The notes beneath the pieces were generated by a model, which worked only from the letters and a program-made list of their open reading frames with translations, had not been told where the DNA came from and searched no databases. The position numbers and the translations under genes are program-made. From an uncultured delta proteobacterium (GTDB lineage: Bacteria > Myxococcota_A > Polyangia > Polyangiales > Polyangiaceae), in assembly GCA_963806225.1 (NCBI GenBank), contig CAWDXG010000001.1, positions 1,632,001 to 1,696,000 of the forward strand: a stretch of DNA of 64,000 bases. Reading direction: 5' to 3'. Shown here piece by piece: positions 50,224-63,400 of this stretch. The first letter of the stretch is position 1. Each line of letters starts with the position of its first letter.

Positions 50224-52347
50224 ATGAAGCGGGCCGTCCTGTTCGTGGTGGTGCTGCTGCTGGGCTGCAGCGGCTCGACGGCGCCGAGCCCGTTCGTTCG
50301 CGATGCGGGCGCATCCGACGCGGCCGACGCCGGACCGATCGGCGACGACTCGGGCGCGGATGCGTCGACCCTGGGTGGCCCGTGCCTGGACGACTCGCAG
50401 TGCGACGACGGGGTCGACTGCACGGTCGATCGTTGCGAAAAGACCCTGGGGCGCTGCCGCTCGACCCCCGACCCGTCCCTTTGCGACAACGGCGTGTACT
50501 GCGACGGCGTCGAGGTGTGCGATCCCAAGCTCGGCTGTATCGCCGGCGTGCCGGTAGCCTGCTCCGACGACAACACCTGTACGGTCGACCGCTGCGTCGA
50601 GTCCACCCAGAGCTGCGATCACACTCCACGCGACGCCGACGGGGACGGCGATCCGCCCTGGAACTGCCCCGGCGGCGGAGACTGCAACGACAACGATCCG
50701 CTGGTCAGCAGCAAGAGTCCGGAAGTCTGCGGCAACGGCATCGACGACAACTGCAACGGCCAGGTGGACGAGAAGCCCTGCAGCACGCCCGAGCACGACA
50801 CCTGCGTCGATCCGCTCTTGATCAAGGCCTCCGGCAACTACTCGATGTCGCTGGTTGCCGCGGCGAGTGACTACTCTGCGAGTTGCGCCGGCGCGGGGAC
50901 GACGTGGCGGGACGTTGTCGCGGCGATCGTCGTGCCGTCGGGGCCCGCCGTGGACGTGGACATCACTGCCACGACTCCCTCGGGGAACCTCGCGCTGGCA
51001 TCGGCAGCGCAGTGCGGTGATCCTTCGGGCGAGATTGGCTGCGCTGCCAGCGTGACGGCCCCGGCGGGCGGCAGCATTGCGCGACTCAGGCTCCGTGCGC
51101 TTTCCAGCGGGAACTACCCGCTCTACGTCTTCGGCGACGGCCAGAACGACGTGCAGCTCGCCGTCGAGTTCATGTCGCCCGAGCCCAAGCCGACCAACGA
51201 GACCTGCGGCACGGCAGCCACGCTCACGCCCGGCGTGCACGAGCAGGTGCCGATCATCGACGCGGCCAAGGACGTGCCGAGCGATTGCGGCGGGGCGCTG
51301 GGCGAGCTGGTCTACAAGTTCACGCTGCCCGGCCCCCGGGACGTGCACCTGTACGCGAGCTCGCTCGACGGCTACGGCTCGCCGTCGTTGTCGCTGCGCG
51401 ACGCGGCTTGCTCGGGCAAGACGGACGAGCTGACGTGTCGCGACGGCCCGGTGGTGGACCTGTACGAGCGGGGGCTGCCGGCGGGCGACTACTACGTGGC
51501 GGTGAGCGCGGACGCGCCCAGCGTGCTCGATCTGCTGCTCCAGCTGTCGCCGGCCACCTCGCCGCCGCCGGACGAGAGCTGTTCGGGCTCGCCGGCCCTC
51601 GCCCCGGGAACCACGATCGACGTGCCGCTCCTGGGGCATACGGACGACATCCAGCTCGGCTGCGTCAAAGGAGCGCCCGACGCCGCCTACACGCTCGATC
51701 TCGCCCAGAAGTCCGACGTGCTGCTCGTCGAGCGCATCTCGAACGGCGACACGGGTGGCGTGGGGCTGGACAAGGCGCCGTGCGGCGAGGGCGACGTGCT
51801 CTCGTGCGGGACCTCCGGTTCCAGCCCGAATCGAGCGGCGGCCTACGGCGTTGTCCCCGGCAGCTACCGCGCGGTGGTCGAGGCCGTCGGTTCCACGCCG
51901 ACCCAGCTCACGGCCTTCACGCGGCCAGCGACGCCCCCGGTGTTCGTGGCGTTCTCGGACACCTGTGCCGACGCCGTGGAGATCCCGCCTGCGGGCGGGC
52001 GCTTCCAGGGAACGACGGCCAACGCCAGCGCGGACTACGACGTAGGCTGCGACCTGGGGGCCCAGCCTCCCGGCGGCGCGCCCGATCAGATGCTGCACCT
52101 GTCGCTTTCGAAGAAGCAGCGCGTCGTGTTCGACATGAAGGGCAGCAGCTACAACACGCTGCTCGACGTGCGGCGCGGTCCGTCGTGTCCAGGTCAGGAG
52201 GTCGCCCTGGCGTGCGCGGCGGGCTACGTCGCCGACCGCAGCTACCTCGATCTGACGCTCGACGCCGGCGACTACTACGTCCAGATCGACGGCTACGCTG
52301 GCGCTTCAGGTTCCTGGTCGCTGGACGTGTACACGGCCGACCCCTGA
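50224..52347 (+). CDS. Cys-rich lipoprotein with CDDGxxCTxDxC repeats, MopE-like putative metal-binding motif and repeated PPC-like beta domains
   Basis: Lipobox LLGC; DCND...EVCGNGIDDNCNGQVDE; repeated (N/D)(E/D)TC...G.YYV units. Confidence 0.85.
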   Translation: MKRAVLFVVVLLLGCSGSTAPSPFVRDAGASDAADAGPIGDDSGADASTLGGPCLDDSQCDDGVDCTVDRCEKTLGRCRSTPDPSLCDNGVYCDGVEVCDPKLGCIAGVPVACSDDNTCTVDRCVESTQSCDHTPRDADGDGDPPWNCPGGGDCNDNDPLVSSKSPEVCGNGIDDNCNGQVDEKPCSTPEHDTCVDPLLIKASGNYSMSLVAAASDYSASCAGAGTTWRDVVAAIVVPSGPAVDVDITATTPSGNLALASAAQCGDPSGEIGCAASVTAPAGGSIARLRLRALSSGNYPLYVFGDGQNDVQLAVEFMSPEPKPTNETCGTAATLTPGVHEQVPIIDAAKDVPSDCGGALGELVYKFTLPGPRDVHLYASSLDGYGSPSLSLRDAACSGKTDELTCRDGPVVDLYERGLPAGDYYVAVSADAPSVLDLLLQLSPATSPPPDESCSGSPALAPGTTIDVPLLGHTDDIQLGCVKGAPDAAYTLDLAQKSDVLLVERISNGDTGGVGLDKAPCGEGDVLSCGTSGSSPNRAAAYGVVPGSYRAVVEAVGSTPTQLTAFTRPATPPVFVAFSDTCADAVEIPPAGGRFQGTTANASADYDVGCDLGAQPPGGAPDQMLHLSLSKKQRVVFDMKGSSYNTLLDVRRGPSCPGQEVALACAAGYVADRSYLDLTLDAGDYYVQIDGYAGASGSWSLDVYTADP

Positions 52348-52441
52348 CGCATCTACTCGATATTGCTGCGCCTTGTCCGACGTGCACGGATGGCCGTGCG
52401 GAGTGGCGCCGGGGGCTGCTATCCTCACGGCCGTGCGGACG

Positions 52442-53149
52442 ATGGGGGCCAGGGGTCTTGTGTTTCGAGTGTCGGTCTGTGCCGCACTGCTGGGCGCGAC
52501 CGCGTCGGCGCACGCGGACCTGGGCAGTGCGCGGCTGATCGAATCGGCGCGGCGTCCGACAGCGGCGCGCGGGGCGTTGCTCCACTCACAGCGGCACGCC
52601 CGTCGCGATGGGCTGACGCGGTCGGAACGGCGCAGGCTGCTGATGGGCGACACGGTCGCACACCCGGTGGCGTTCGAGCGTCGCGCCGCGCACTACGTGG
52701 GCGGCGTGTCGTATCAGCTGGTGCGCGCATCGCCGCGCGCCGTGCTTTCCGCGCTCGAGGATCCGAGGCAACTGCCGTTCATGCTGCCGCACACCCGGAG
52801 TGCGCGCCGACTGGGTCGCACCGGGCGCGACGTGCGTATCGAGCTCACGCAGGGCAACGGCCTGGTCAGCGCCACCTACACGGTGCGGGCGCGCCGGGTC
52901 GAGGGACGGCGCGAGCTCAGGTTCTGGTTGGATCGGAGCCGCCCGCACGGCATCGAGGACGTGTGGGGCTATTTCCGCGTGCAGGCGTTCGACGGCGCGC
53001 GCAGCCTGGTCACGGTGGCGGTGGCGCTGGACCTGGGGCCGGGGCTGGCGCGGATCCTGTTCGAAGGGCGCATCCAGAATGCGATCCTGGGCACGCCCGC
53101 GCGTATCCGCGACTTCATCGAGCCCCGGGCATTGGCTTTTTCCGGCTGA
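52442..53149 (+). CDS. Exported SRPBCC/START-like protein
   Basis: Signal AHA; VRASPRAVLSALED...LPFMLP; FWLD...IEDVWGYF; C-terminal helix. Confidence 0.6.
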   Translation: MGARGLVFRVSVCAALLGATASAHADLGSARLIESARRPTAARGALLHSQRHARRDGLTRSERRRLLMGDTVAHPVAFERRAAHYVGGVSYQLVRASPRAVLSALEDPRQLPFMLPHTRSARRLGRTGRDVRIELTQGNGLVSATYTVRARRVEGRRELRFWLDRSRPHGIEDVWGYFRVQAFDGARSLVTVAVALDLGPGLARILFEGRIQNAILGTPARIRDFIEPRALAFSG

Positions 53150-53195
53150 TCCGCCGGGGTCGTAACAGGGGCCCGGTTGTTGTAAGGAAAGGGCC

Positions 53196-54128
53196 ATGTT
53201 GCCGCGCATCGGCGCGATCACGCTCAATACCTACCGTGAGGCGGTCCGCGCGCGCGTCCTGCACGGGCTCTTCGCTCTCGCGCTGGGAACGCTCGGCTAC
53301 GCGCTCGTCGTCGGCGCGTTCGCGGTCCGCAACACCATGCGGGCGGTCAGCGACATCGGTTCGGGGTCGATCTCGATCTACGGCATCATCGTGGCCGTCG
53401 TGCTGGGTGCGACGTCGCTCTACCGCGAGCTCGAGCTGAAGACGGTCTTCCCGATCCTGGCGCGGCCGATCGGTCGTGGGGAGTATCTGACCGGCAAGTA
53501 CGTGGGCACCCTGGTCACGCTGGCGGTGTTCATCGCCGCCAACTCGGCTGCGCTTCTCCTGGCGCTGGGCGTGCTGTCGGGTCGTTCACTCGCGATGACG
53601 CTCGGCGTGGGGCTGGGCAGCATCGGGCTGGTGGTGCTCGTCGGCTGGCGCGCACCTCGCTGGCGAAGCTATCTGCCGATCCCCTGGGCGGTCGCGCTGT
53701 CGCTCGTGGCGTGGTGGCTGGCGCAGGGCGCGCCGGACGATCGGCGCGTTGTGCTCGGCTCGGCGCTGCTCACGCTGTGCGAGGTGGGTATCGTCGCGGC
53801 GATCGCCACGCTCTTCTCGTCGTTCTCGTCGCCGTTCCTCACGGCCGTGTTGACCTTCAGCGTGTTTCTCGTCGGGCGTTCGGCCGACACGTTGGCGCAT
53901 CTGCCACCGCGTGTCTTCGGACACGCCATCCAGCACATGGGGGTGGTGCTCGCCAAGGTGGTGCCGAACCTGATGCTGTACGTGCCGCCGCGGCCGCTGC
54001 TCACCGGCGCCGCATCGGGCCCGTCGCTCGGTCACTATGTGGCGCTCGCCGCTGGGCAGGCGCTGGCCTGGAGCGTGGGGCTCCTGGCGGTAGCCAGCCT
54101 GATCTTCCGGCGTCGCGACTTCCTATGA
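53196..54128 (+). CDS. ABC-2 type transporter permease (PilI/NosY-like)
   Basis: AITLNTYREAVR, ELELKTVFPILARPIGRGEYLTGK, multiple TM helices, FRRRDF end. Confidence 0.85.
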   Translation: MLPRIGAITLNTYREAVRARVLHGLFALALGTLGYALVVGAFAVRNTMRAVSDIGSGSISIYGIIVAVVLGATSLYRELELKTVFPILARPIGRGEYLTGKYVGTLVTLAVFIAANSAALLLALGVLSGRSLAMTLGVGLGSIGLVVLVGWRAPRWRSYLPIPWAVALSLVAWWLAQGAPDDRRVVLGSALLTLCEVGIVAAIATLFSSFSSPFLTAVLTFSVFLVGRSADTLAHLPPRVFGHAIQHMGVVLAKVVPNLMLYVPPRPLLTGAASGPSLGHYVALAAGQALAWSVGLLAVASLIFRRRDFL

Positions 54129-54775
54129 CCGTGGGGCGGTGGCTCAGAGGCATCGCGCTGGGGATGATGCTGTTCGTTCTGGCCGTGGCGGTGCTGACTG
54201 CGCGTGCCGTGATCGACGGCAATCGCGAGATGCAGATGAGCGATGTGGCGTTTGATCGCGGCGACCTCAGGGTGGCCATCGATCATGCGCGGCGCGCGGC
54301 CGTGCTGTACGCGCCGGGTGCGCCGCACGTCGCCCAGGCCTACGCGCGGCTGGATGCCATCGCGCTGGGCGCCGAGGCGGCGGGGCAGCAGGAAACCGCG
54401 CGCATGGCTTGGCGCGCGGTGCGCGGAGCCGCTCTCGAGACGCGGCACGTCTGGATCCCGGAGCGCGCCGAGCTCGGACGCGCGAACCAGAACCTGGCAC
54501 GTCTGGAGGCCGTGTCCTCGGGCGCATCGAGCGCGCGCGCCGCTCGGCTGGCGAGGAAGCGCGCGCTGGCCGAGCTAGAGCGGGACAGCGCGCCGGCCGC
54601 GGTCTGGGTGATGTTGCTGTCGCTGGGCTTCCTGTTGTCGCTCGGCGGACTTTGGCTGGTGGCGTTGCGCGGCGTGACGCGCGATGGGAGGTTGGTGCTG
54701 ACCCAGGCGCGGCTGGGGCTGATCCTGACCCTCGTCGGTGCAGCTTGTTGGACCTTGGCGGTGTGGAGGGCGTAG
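54125..54775 (+). CDS. Hypothetical membrane protein
   Basis: ATGA overlap with the permease; one N-terminal and two C-terminal TM helices. Confidence 0.7.
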   Translation: MTVGRWLRGIALGMMLFVLAVAVLTARAVIDGNREMQMSDVAFDRGDLRVAIDHARRAAVLYAPGAPHVAQAYARLDAIALGAEAAGQQETARMAWRAVRGAALETRHVWIPERAELGRANQNLARLEAVSSGASSARAARLARKRALAELERDSAPAAVWVMLLSLGFLLSLGGLWLVALRGVTRDGRLVLTQARLGLILTLVGAACWTLAVWRA

Positions 54776-54784
54776 AACGGATCC

Positions 54785-55741
54785 GTGGGCGGTACGACTT
54801 CCGAAGAGGACGGTCTGGACCGAAGCATCGAGCGCTTCGCGGACTATCTCGCAAGCGAGAAGCGGGCGTCGCCGAACACCGTCCTGGCATACCGCCGCGA
54901 CCTCGCGCAGCTCGCGGAGTTCCTGCGCGGGCGGCTGTCGCGATCCGTCGAGCTCGCGGACGTGAACAAGCTGCTCCTGAGGGCGTGGCTCGGCGAGCTT
55001 TCGCGGACCCGCTCGGCGAGCAGCATCGCTCGCAAGCTTGCGGCGGTGCGGGCGTTCTACGCCGATCTCGAACGCCGCGGCGCGGTGCGCGAAAATCCCG
55101 CCTCGCTGCTCGCCAGTCCGAAAGTACGTCGCAAGCTGCCCACCTTCCTGGGCGTGGACGCCGCAGCGCAGGTCATGAGCGCTCCGGCGGAGCAGCCGGA
55201 CCGGCGCGAGCCCGAGCAGCTGCGCGATATCGTGATCCTGGAGCTGCTCTACGGCTCGGGATTGCGCGTGAGCGAGCTCGCCGGTCTCGACCTGGAATCG
55301 GTCGACGCGGCCCAGGCGGAGCTCCGGGTCCTCGGCAAGGGCAACAAGGAGCGCATCGTCCCGCTCGGCGGCAAGGCGCTCGAGGCGCTGGCCGCCTACC
55401 TGCCGCGCCGCGCCGAGCTCCGCCATCCGAAGACGGGTGCCCAGGATCCCGCGGCGCTGCTGCTCGGACGCCGCGGCCGGCGCCTCGGCGTGCGCTGGGT
55501 CCAGCAGCTGGTGCGTCGCTACGGCGCCCTGGGCTCGGGCCGACCCGATCTGCATCCGCATGCGCTCCGCCATTCCTGCGCCACGCACATGCTCGAAGGC
55601 GGGGCGGATCTGCGCGCCATCCAGGAGATGCTCGGTCACAGCAGTCTGTCGACCACCCAGCGCTACACGCATCTGTCGCTCGATCAGCTGGTGCGCGTCT
55701 ACGATCAGGCGCACCCGCTCGCGCGCGGCGGCAGACGCTAG
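54785..55741 (+). CDS. xerC: Tyrosine recombinase XerC
   Basis: SPNTVLAYRRDL, LYGSGLRVSEL, GKGNKER, HPHALRHSCATH, LGHSSLSTTQRYTH, YDQAHP. Confidence 0.88.
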   Translation: MGGTTSEEDGLDRSIERFADYLASEKRASPNTVLAYRRDLAQLAEFLRGRLSRSVELADVNKLLLRAWLGELSRTRSASSIARKLAAVRAFYADLERRGAVRENPASLLASPKVRRKLPTFLGVDAAAQVMSAPAEQPDRREPEQLRDIVILELLYGSGLRVSELAGLDLESVDAAQAELRVLGKGNKERIVPLGGKALEALAAYLPRRAELRHPKTGAQDPAALLLGRRGRRLGVRWVQQLVRRYGALGSGRPDLHPHALRHSCATHMLEGGADLRAIQEMLGHSSLSTTQRYTHLSLDQLVRVYDQAHPLARGGRR

Positions 55742-55821
55742 GCCGTTTTCTTCCCGCCGGCCCGCCCCTGCGATCCGGGTTGCCGAGCTGCCTGCGCTCG
55801 GATAGCTTACCGTTCGACACG

Positions 55822-56343
55822 ATGCGTTATTTCGTCACCCTGGACGGTCAGGAGCACATCATCGACGTTGCGGAGCTGCCGGGCGGCGGCTATCGGGTCG
55901 GCGTCATCGGAGATGCGGAAGGCGCGCCGGTCGAGGCCCTCGACGCCGATGTGGTCGCGCGCGACAGTCTGCTCAGTGTCCGCCTGGGTGGGCGCGTGCT
56001 CGATCTCGTGGTCGACGGCGAGTTGCCGGAGCTCGATGTGTACGCCAGCGGGCACCGCGCCACGGTGCAGGTAGAGAGCGCGCGCATGCGCGCCACGGCG
56101 TCCGTCCGCGGGAAGAAGGCTGGGGCCGGCGAAGGCGTCGTGGTCTCGCCCATGCCCGGCAAGGTGGTCAAGCTGCTGGTTCACGAAGGCGACGAGGTCA
56201 GCGAGGGGACGCCGCTGGTGGTGGTCGAAGCGATGAAGATGGAGAACGAACTGGTCTCCGAGCGCGCCGGCGTCGTGCAGAAAGTGTTCGTCGAGACGGG
56301 TGATGCCGTCGAGGGCGGCGCCCGTTTGATCGCGGTCGGGTGA
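55822..56343 (+). CDS. Biotin carboxyl carrier (biotinyl-domain) subunit of an acyl-CoA carboxylase
   Basis: SPMPGKVV...EAMKMEN biotinylation motif. Confidence 0.9.
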   Translation: MRYFVTLDGQEHIIDVAELPGGGYRVGVIGDAEGAPVEALDADVVARDSLLSVRLGGRVLDLVVDGELPELDVYASGHRATVQVESARMRATASVRGKKAGAGEGVVVSPMPGKVVKLLVHEGDEVSEGTPLVVVEAMKMENELVSERAGVVQKVFVETGDAVEGGARLIAVG

Positions 56344-57323
56344 TGCCCCGGCGCCTGCCGCTCGCTCACCTGCCGACGCCGCTCTGGCAAAGCGACGCGC
56401 TCGACCGGCTGGTGGGCGCCGAGCTGTGGGTCAAGCGCGACGACATGAGTGCCGGGGCCGAGGCCGGCAACAAGATCCGCAAGCTCGAGTTCCTGCTGGC
56501 CGACGCGCTGTCCCGCGGAGCCAGGACGGTGCTGACCTGCGGCGGGGTGCAGTCGAACCACGCGCGCGCCACTGCGCTCTCAACGGTCGGGCTCGGGATG
56601 CGCCCGCTCTTGTTCCTGCGCACGCCGGACCCCTCGGCGGCGCCCCCGCCCGTCGGCAACCTGATGCTGGATCGGCTGGCGGGCGCGGAAATCCGCTTCA
56701 TTACTCCAGAGCAGTACAGGGAACGCGATGCGCTGATGGCAGACGCAGCGGCCAAGCTCGAGCGCGACGGACAGCAGCCGTACGTGATCCCCGAAGGCGG
56801 CTCGAACGGCATTGGAGCACACGGCTACCTGGAGGCCATGCGCGAGATCCGCGGCCAGCTCGATCTCGGCCTGGGCGGCGGGCCGTCGGGCTTCGACGCG
56901 GTCGTCCACGCATGCGGCTCCGGCGGCACCGCCGCCGGCATCGTGCTCGGGGCGCAGCGCTTCGACGTTGCCCCCGTCGTGCACGCCATCGCTGTGTGCG
57001 ACGATCGCCCCTACTTCGAGTCCGTCATCGGGCGGATCGTGCTGGAGGCCGTCGGGCGCGGCGCGGACGGCGACGCCCTCGCCGAGCTGGTCGTGCACGA
57101 CGCGTTCAAGGGCCCGGCCTACGCTGTCGCCAGCGACGAGCAGCGCGCCTTCATCGTCGAGGTTGCCCGTCGGACCGGCCTGGTGCTCGACCCAGTGTAT
57201 TCCGGCAAGGCGCTGTTCGGTCTGTCGCGGATGCAGGACAAGCCGCGGCGGGTCCTGTTCATCCACACGGGCGGGCTGCCCGGTCTGCTTGCGCAGTCCG
57301 ACCTGCCGTGGTTCGAGGAGTAG
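56340..57323 (+). CDS. D-cysteine desulfhydrase / ACC deaminase family PLP enzyme
   Basis: WVKRDD, GNKIRKLEF, GGVQSNH, IPEGGS, GSGGT, LDPVYSGKA, FIHTGG. Confidence 0.92.
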   Translation: MMPRRLPLAHLPTPLWQSDALDRLVGAELWVKRDDMSAGAEAGNKIRKLEFLLADALSRGARTVLTCGGVQSNHARATALSTVGLGMRPLLFLRTPDPSAAPPPVGNLMLDRLAGAEIRFITPEQYRERDALMADAAAKLERDGQQPYVIPEGGSNGIGAHGYLEAMREIRGQLDLGLGGGPSGFDAVVHACGSGGTAAGIVLGAQRFDVAPVVHAIAVCDDRPYFESVIGRIVLEAVGRGADGDALAELVVHDAFKGPAYAVASDEQRAFIVEVARRTGLVLDPVYSGKALFGLSRMQDKPRRVLFIHTGGLPGLLAQSDLPWFEE

Positions 57324-57329
57324 GGCGAC

Positions 57330-57950
57330 CTAGCTCTGGAGCTTCGCTGTGACCTCGCGGACCCAGGCGTCGTGCTCGCCGTTGGCGGACCAGGACGCCA
57401 CGATCTCGACGATGCTGAGCAGGCGGGCCGCGTTGTCGCGCCCGACCTGTTGACGCTTGGCGTGGATCATCGCCAGCAGGCGATCCACGGACATGCGGAT
57501 CATCTGGGCCAGCGCGGCGGGGTCCTCTGCAACCTGCGCATTGACGACGAGCGATTCGAGCACCTCGATCGAGCTGAACTGTGGCTCGGTGCTGATTTCC
57601 GACTGCGGGCGCGGCGCGGTCTGCTCGATGATCTCGATACCGGGCGCGACCGGCGAGAAGTCCGCCGACTCGCTGGCAGCGACCTTCAGCATCGTGTCGC
57701 CGAGCGCGATCACGTCGCCGGAGCGCAGCGGGGAGGTGTGGGCCAGCCGCTCGCCATTGACGAACGTGCCATTGCTGCTGCGCAGATCGGTGATCGACAG
57801 CGCACCGTTTTCGATGGACAGCCGCGCGTGCGCTCGAGACACCGACGGATCGTCCAGCGAGAACGCGCAATCCTCGCCGCGGCCCACCACTGTCACGCCT
57901 TCATGCAAACGGTAGCGACTACCCTGGTATTCGACCCAGTACCTGCGCAC
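57330..57950 (-). CDS. FHA domain protein
   Basis: VGR, SVSRAHA, DLRSSNGTFVNG, LRSGDVI. Confidence 0.88.
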   Translation of the reverse strand: MRRYWVEYQGSRYRLHEGVTVVGRGEDCAFSLDDPSVSRAHARLSIENGALSITDLRSSNGTFVNGERLAHTSPLRSGDVIALGDTMLKVAASESADFSPVAPGIEIIEQTAPRPQSEISTEPQFSSIEVLESLVVNAQVAEDPAALAQMIRMSVDRLLAMIHAKRQQVGRDNAARLLSIVEIVASWSANGEHDAWVREVTAKLQS

Positions 57951-58008
57951 GACAGAAAAGGGTACCGGCCTTTTCCCGTGAGAACAAGCCGCCACTCGCC
58001 GGGGCGGA

Positions 58009-60345
<2,337 letters not shown>

Positions 60346-60403
60346 GGGTGCGCGAGCGTAGTCGAGTGCGGGTCGCCCCGCTACCCGGCGACGTCCCGAA
60401 CAC

Positions 60404-63400
60404 CTATGGCATCTGCACGAACGGGCAGCCGCCCTTGCCGATCGGTCGGCCGAGGCACTCGTGGCTGGACGGGTGGGAGAGGTAGTACACGTCCGCTCCG
60501 CCGCTACGGAAGAAGTGCCCGATCAGGTTGATCATGTACGCCCCGGACTGCCAGTTCTGGCACGGATCGTTGTTGTTGAAGCCGTGAACGCCACGCGGCT
60601 CGATGTAGGCCATGAGCTGTGCCTCGACGCGCTTGTCGGCGGTCCACGCGCCCTTGTCCGGGCTGTACGGCTCGCCCTCGAGTCGCGGCGCCCAGACTGC
60701 GGCCACGTCGGCGGCCGTGGCGACCGGCCGGGCGATGCGCGCCAGCCTGAGCGGCTCCTGCGCCTGCTCCTCGCCGTAGAGCGATGCGCCCTCGTCGATC
60801 ACGTCAACGTCGTAGAGCGCCTGCGCGCAGTCGTCTTCGCTGACAGCATCGGCAACGCAGCGGCCGCTTTCGCAGTGCTGGTGCGAGAGGCACGCCGAGG
60901 TGTCGGTCGCGGTGCAGTTCGGATGGCAGGTGATGTCGTCCTTGGTCAGCGGCACCATGTTCTGCTGGCAGGAAGCGAGATCCTTCGGAGGATGGCGCCT
61001 CAGGCGCGCCATGCCCTCCATCACTCCCTGGTCGACGAGCACGCGGTTGGGCGTCTTGCCGCCGAGCTTGTCGTACAGCGCCTGCGGCGTCGCATAGTCG
61101 GCGTACTCGGGGTACTTCTCGGCGGCGCCGGGTACCATGAACGGCACGGCCCCCGCCGCGCGCCCGAGCGCAATGCCCGAGTTGAGCGGCACGTTCATGT
61201 CGCCGACCGTGACGATGTTCATCACACCGGTGGGCGGCTGCACCTTGCCGAACGGGTCGAGCATCGGCTTGAGCGCGTAGTACGGTGCATAGTTGATGGG
61301 GTCGCCCGGGTCGACGATGTTCGACGCCAGGGCCATGAACCGCCTCAGGGTCGGCGTCTGGCGGATGTAGCCGAAGCCCTCGACCAGCGCCCTGAGCGTC
61401 TTGCCGGCACCGACGTAGGTGTTCTGGAACTTGTGGCAGCCGCCGTCGGTCGTGCACACGGGTTGATCGCTCTGTCCGGTGGGATCGGGCGCGCCGTTCG
61501 CCACTGTGCCGGGGCCCCACTGGTTGATGAGTGCGATGCGCTTGCCCTGGCTAGCATCGACGTTGCAGCCGTGGTCACCGTAGCGGTCGACGATGTCCGG
61601 GTGATCCCAGATCTGCACTTCCAGCTTGTCGCCCACGTTGGTCGGGATGCCGATGCGGAAGATGCCGTCCTTGTCCATGCGCGCGCAGCGCACCTCGCCG
61701 CTGCGCCCGTTGGTGACGAGGACCGTGCCGCCCTGGGGCACGCCGGCGCCGCCGGTGTTCGCGGCCGGGTCGAAACAGCTGAACTCCACCTCGGCCGTGC
61801 TGTTCACGTCGATCATGATGAAGCGCAGCGAGATCTCGTTCTGCTTGCAGGCCGTGCTCGGATGGTTGCCGGAGCTGTCGTAGTACTGGCTGGCGGGCAC
61901 ACCGACCACCAGCGGGCCGAAGTTCCTGAGATAGATGCCCTCGAAGGCTCCGCCCTGGACGGTGCGCGCCCCAACGTCGAGCAGGCCGCCGGAGCCCGAA
62001 GTGGGAGCGGCAGCGATCACCTTGGGATCCAGCGCGGCGACGAGTGGCGCCAGGATGCCGCCGAGCGACTCGCCCCAGGCGTAGAACTGGTTGTCCGGTC
62101 CGCCCACGTCGGGGGTGCCGTCGCCGTCCCAGTCACCGGCGATGGTCTTCGCCTTCGGGTCTTCGGCCGACTGCATCGTGTCCAGTCTCTTGCCGTCGTA
62201 GCTCTCGAAGATGCGGAACATCTGCAGCAGGTCGACGGCGCTCTGGCGCACGACGTCGCGGGTGTGGAACAGGTAGCTCGTCCAGTAGTCGCCGCCGGAG
62301 TCGGCAATGCCGTCGCCGTTCAGGTCGCGGTAGCGCCCCTCCAGAAATGCGCTGGAGAACGGCCCTTCGCAGGCGCCCTTGAACAGGGCCCGCGCGAGCT
62401 GCTTGTCGGTCTCATCGAGATCCAGCCCGTGGAACACGGCGTTCATGCCCACGGTGGCGATGCCCTGCTCCGCCTCCGACCCGGCGAAACCGAGCGCCTC
62501 GACCATGGAGCTTGTATAGCCGTGGCCGTAGTACGCGACGGGGAACGGCTGCTTGTACTGCTTGGTCTCCTTGGGCACGGCGATCAAGAACTGCACCGTG
62601 TCCGAATACTGCTTGCCCTGGCCGGTCGTGTAGTCGAGGTCGAACGACGCCGTCGGGTCCGTGCCCTTGGGCCCGCCCGTGATGAAGAACGGGCTCTTGA
62701 AGTTTCCGATCGCGAAGTGATCGATGGCGTTGAAGGTCTTGAGCAGCCAATCGAGCGAGGGACCGTCGATGCCGAAGCCCTGCGAGGCCAGGCTCTTCAG
62801 CGTGCTGCGGATCGAATCGGCCTTGACGATGCGCCAGTAGTTCACCTTGTCCTTGCACTCGGGCGAGTCCCGCCAGCCCGGCGGATCCTGGGCTCCGGCG
62901 GCCAGCGCTTCGTCGTCGACTTTCCCGACCGCGCGCCGGATGTCGGCGTGGGCGGGGAACTGCTTCGACAGGTGCGCGAACGGTCCCTTGCCGTACAGGC
63001 CATCGCGCAGCAGATGCAGATCCTCCTGCACGGGCTGGGTGGTGAACGTCCAGGCGAACGCCACGTGCTCTAGTCCCGTGCCGGCGATGTCGCCGAAGTA
63101 CGGGTCGTCGGGCTTCGACAGAATCGACTGGAGCTTCTCGATGCCCTTTTCCTGCGCCGGGTAGTAGACGAAGTCGAACGGTGAACGCACCGGGTTTCCG
63201 TCCGGATCGACCACCCGATCGGTGACCACGACGGCGTATTTCGTCTCCTCGTCGAGCGGCACCAGCGGCCGCATGATGAGCGTGTCTGTTTCCCGCTCGT
63301 ACCAGGTGAGCAGGTTGTTGGCGATGCAGCGGTCGCGGTCGAGCTCGTCCGCGTCGCCGAGCGCCACCTGCGCCTGGTTCGGCGCACGCTGTCGGGTCCA

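Noticed and set aside
32477..52098. Long antisense or alternative-frame ORFs (e.g. 32477-35176, 40307-43210, 50215-52098)
   Set aside because: Typical high-GC shadows of real genes: Arg/Ala/Pro-rich and without motifs, except for the IscA-like end of the first, which is annotated separately.
54785..55741. Tyrosine recombinase as a prophage or island integrase
   Set aside because: XerC-type motifs and size, housekeeping neighbours, and no att-like repeats, tRNA or phage genes seen.
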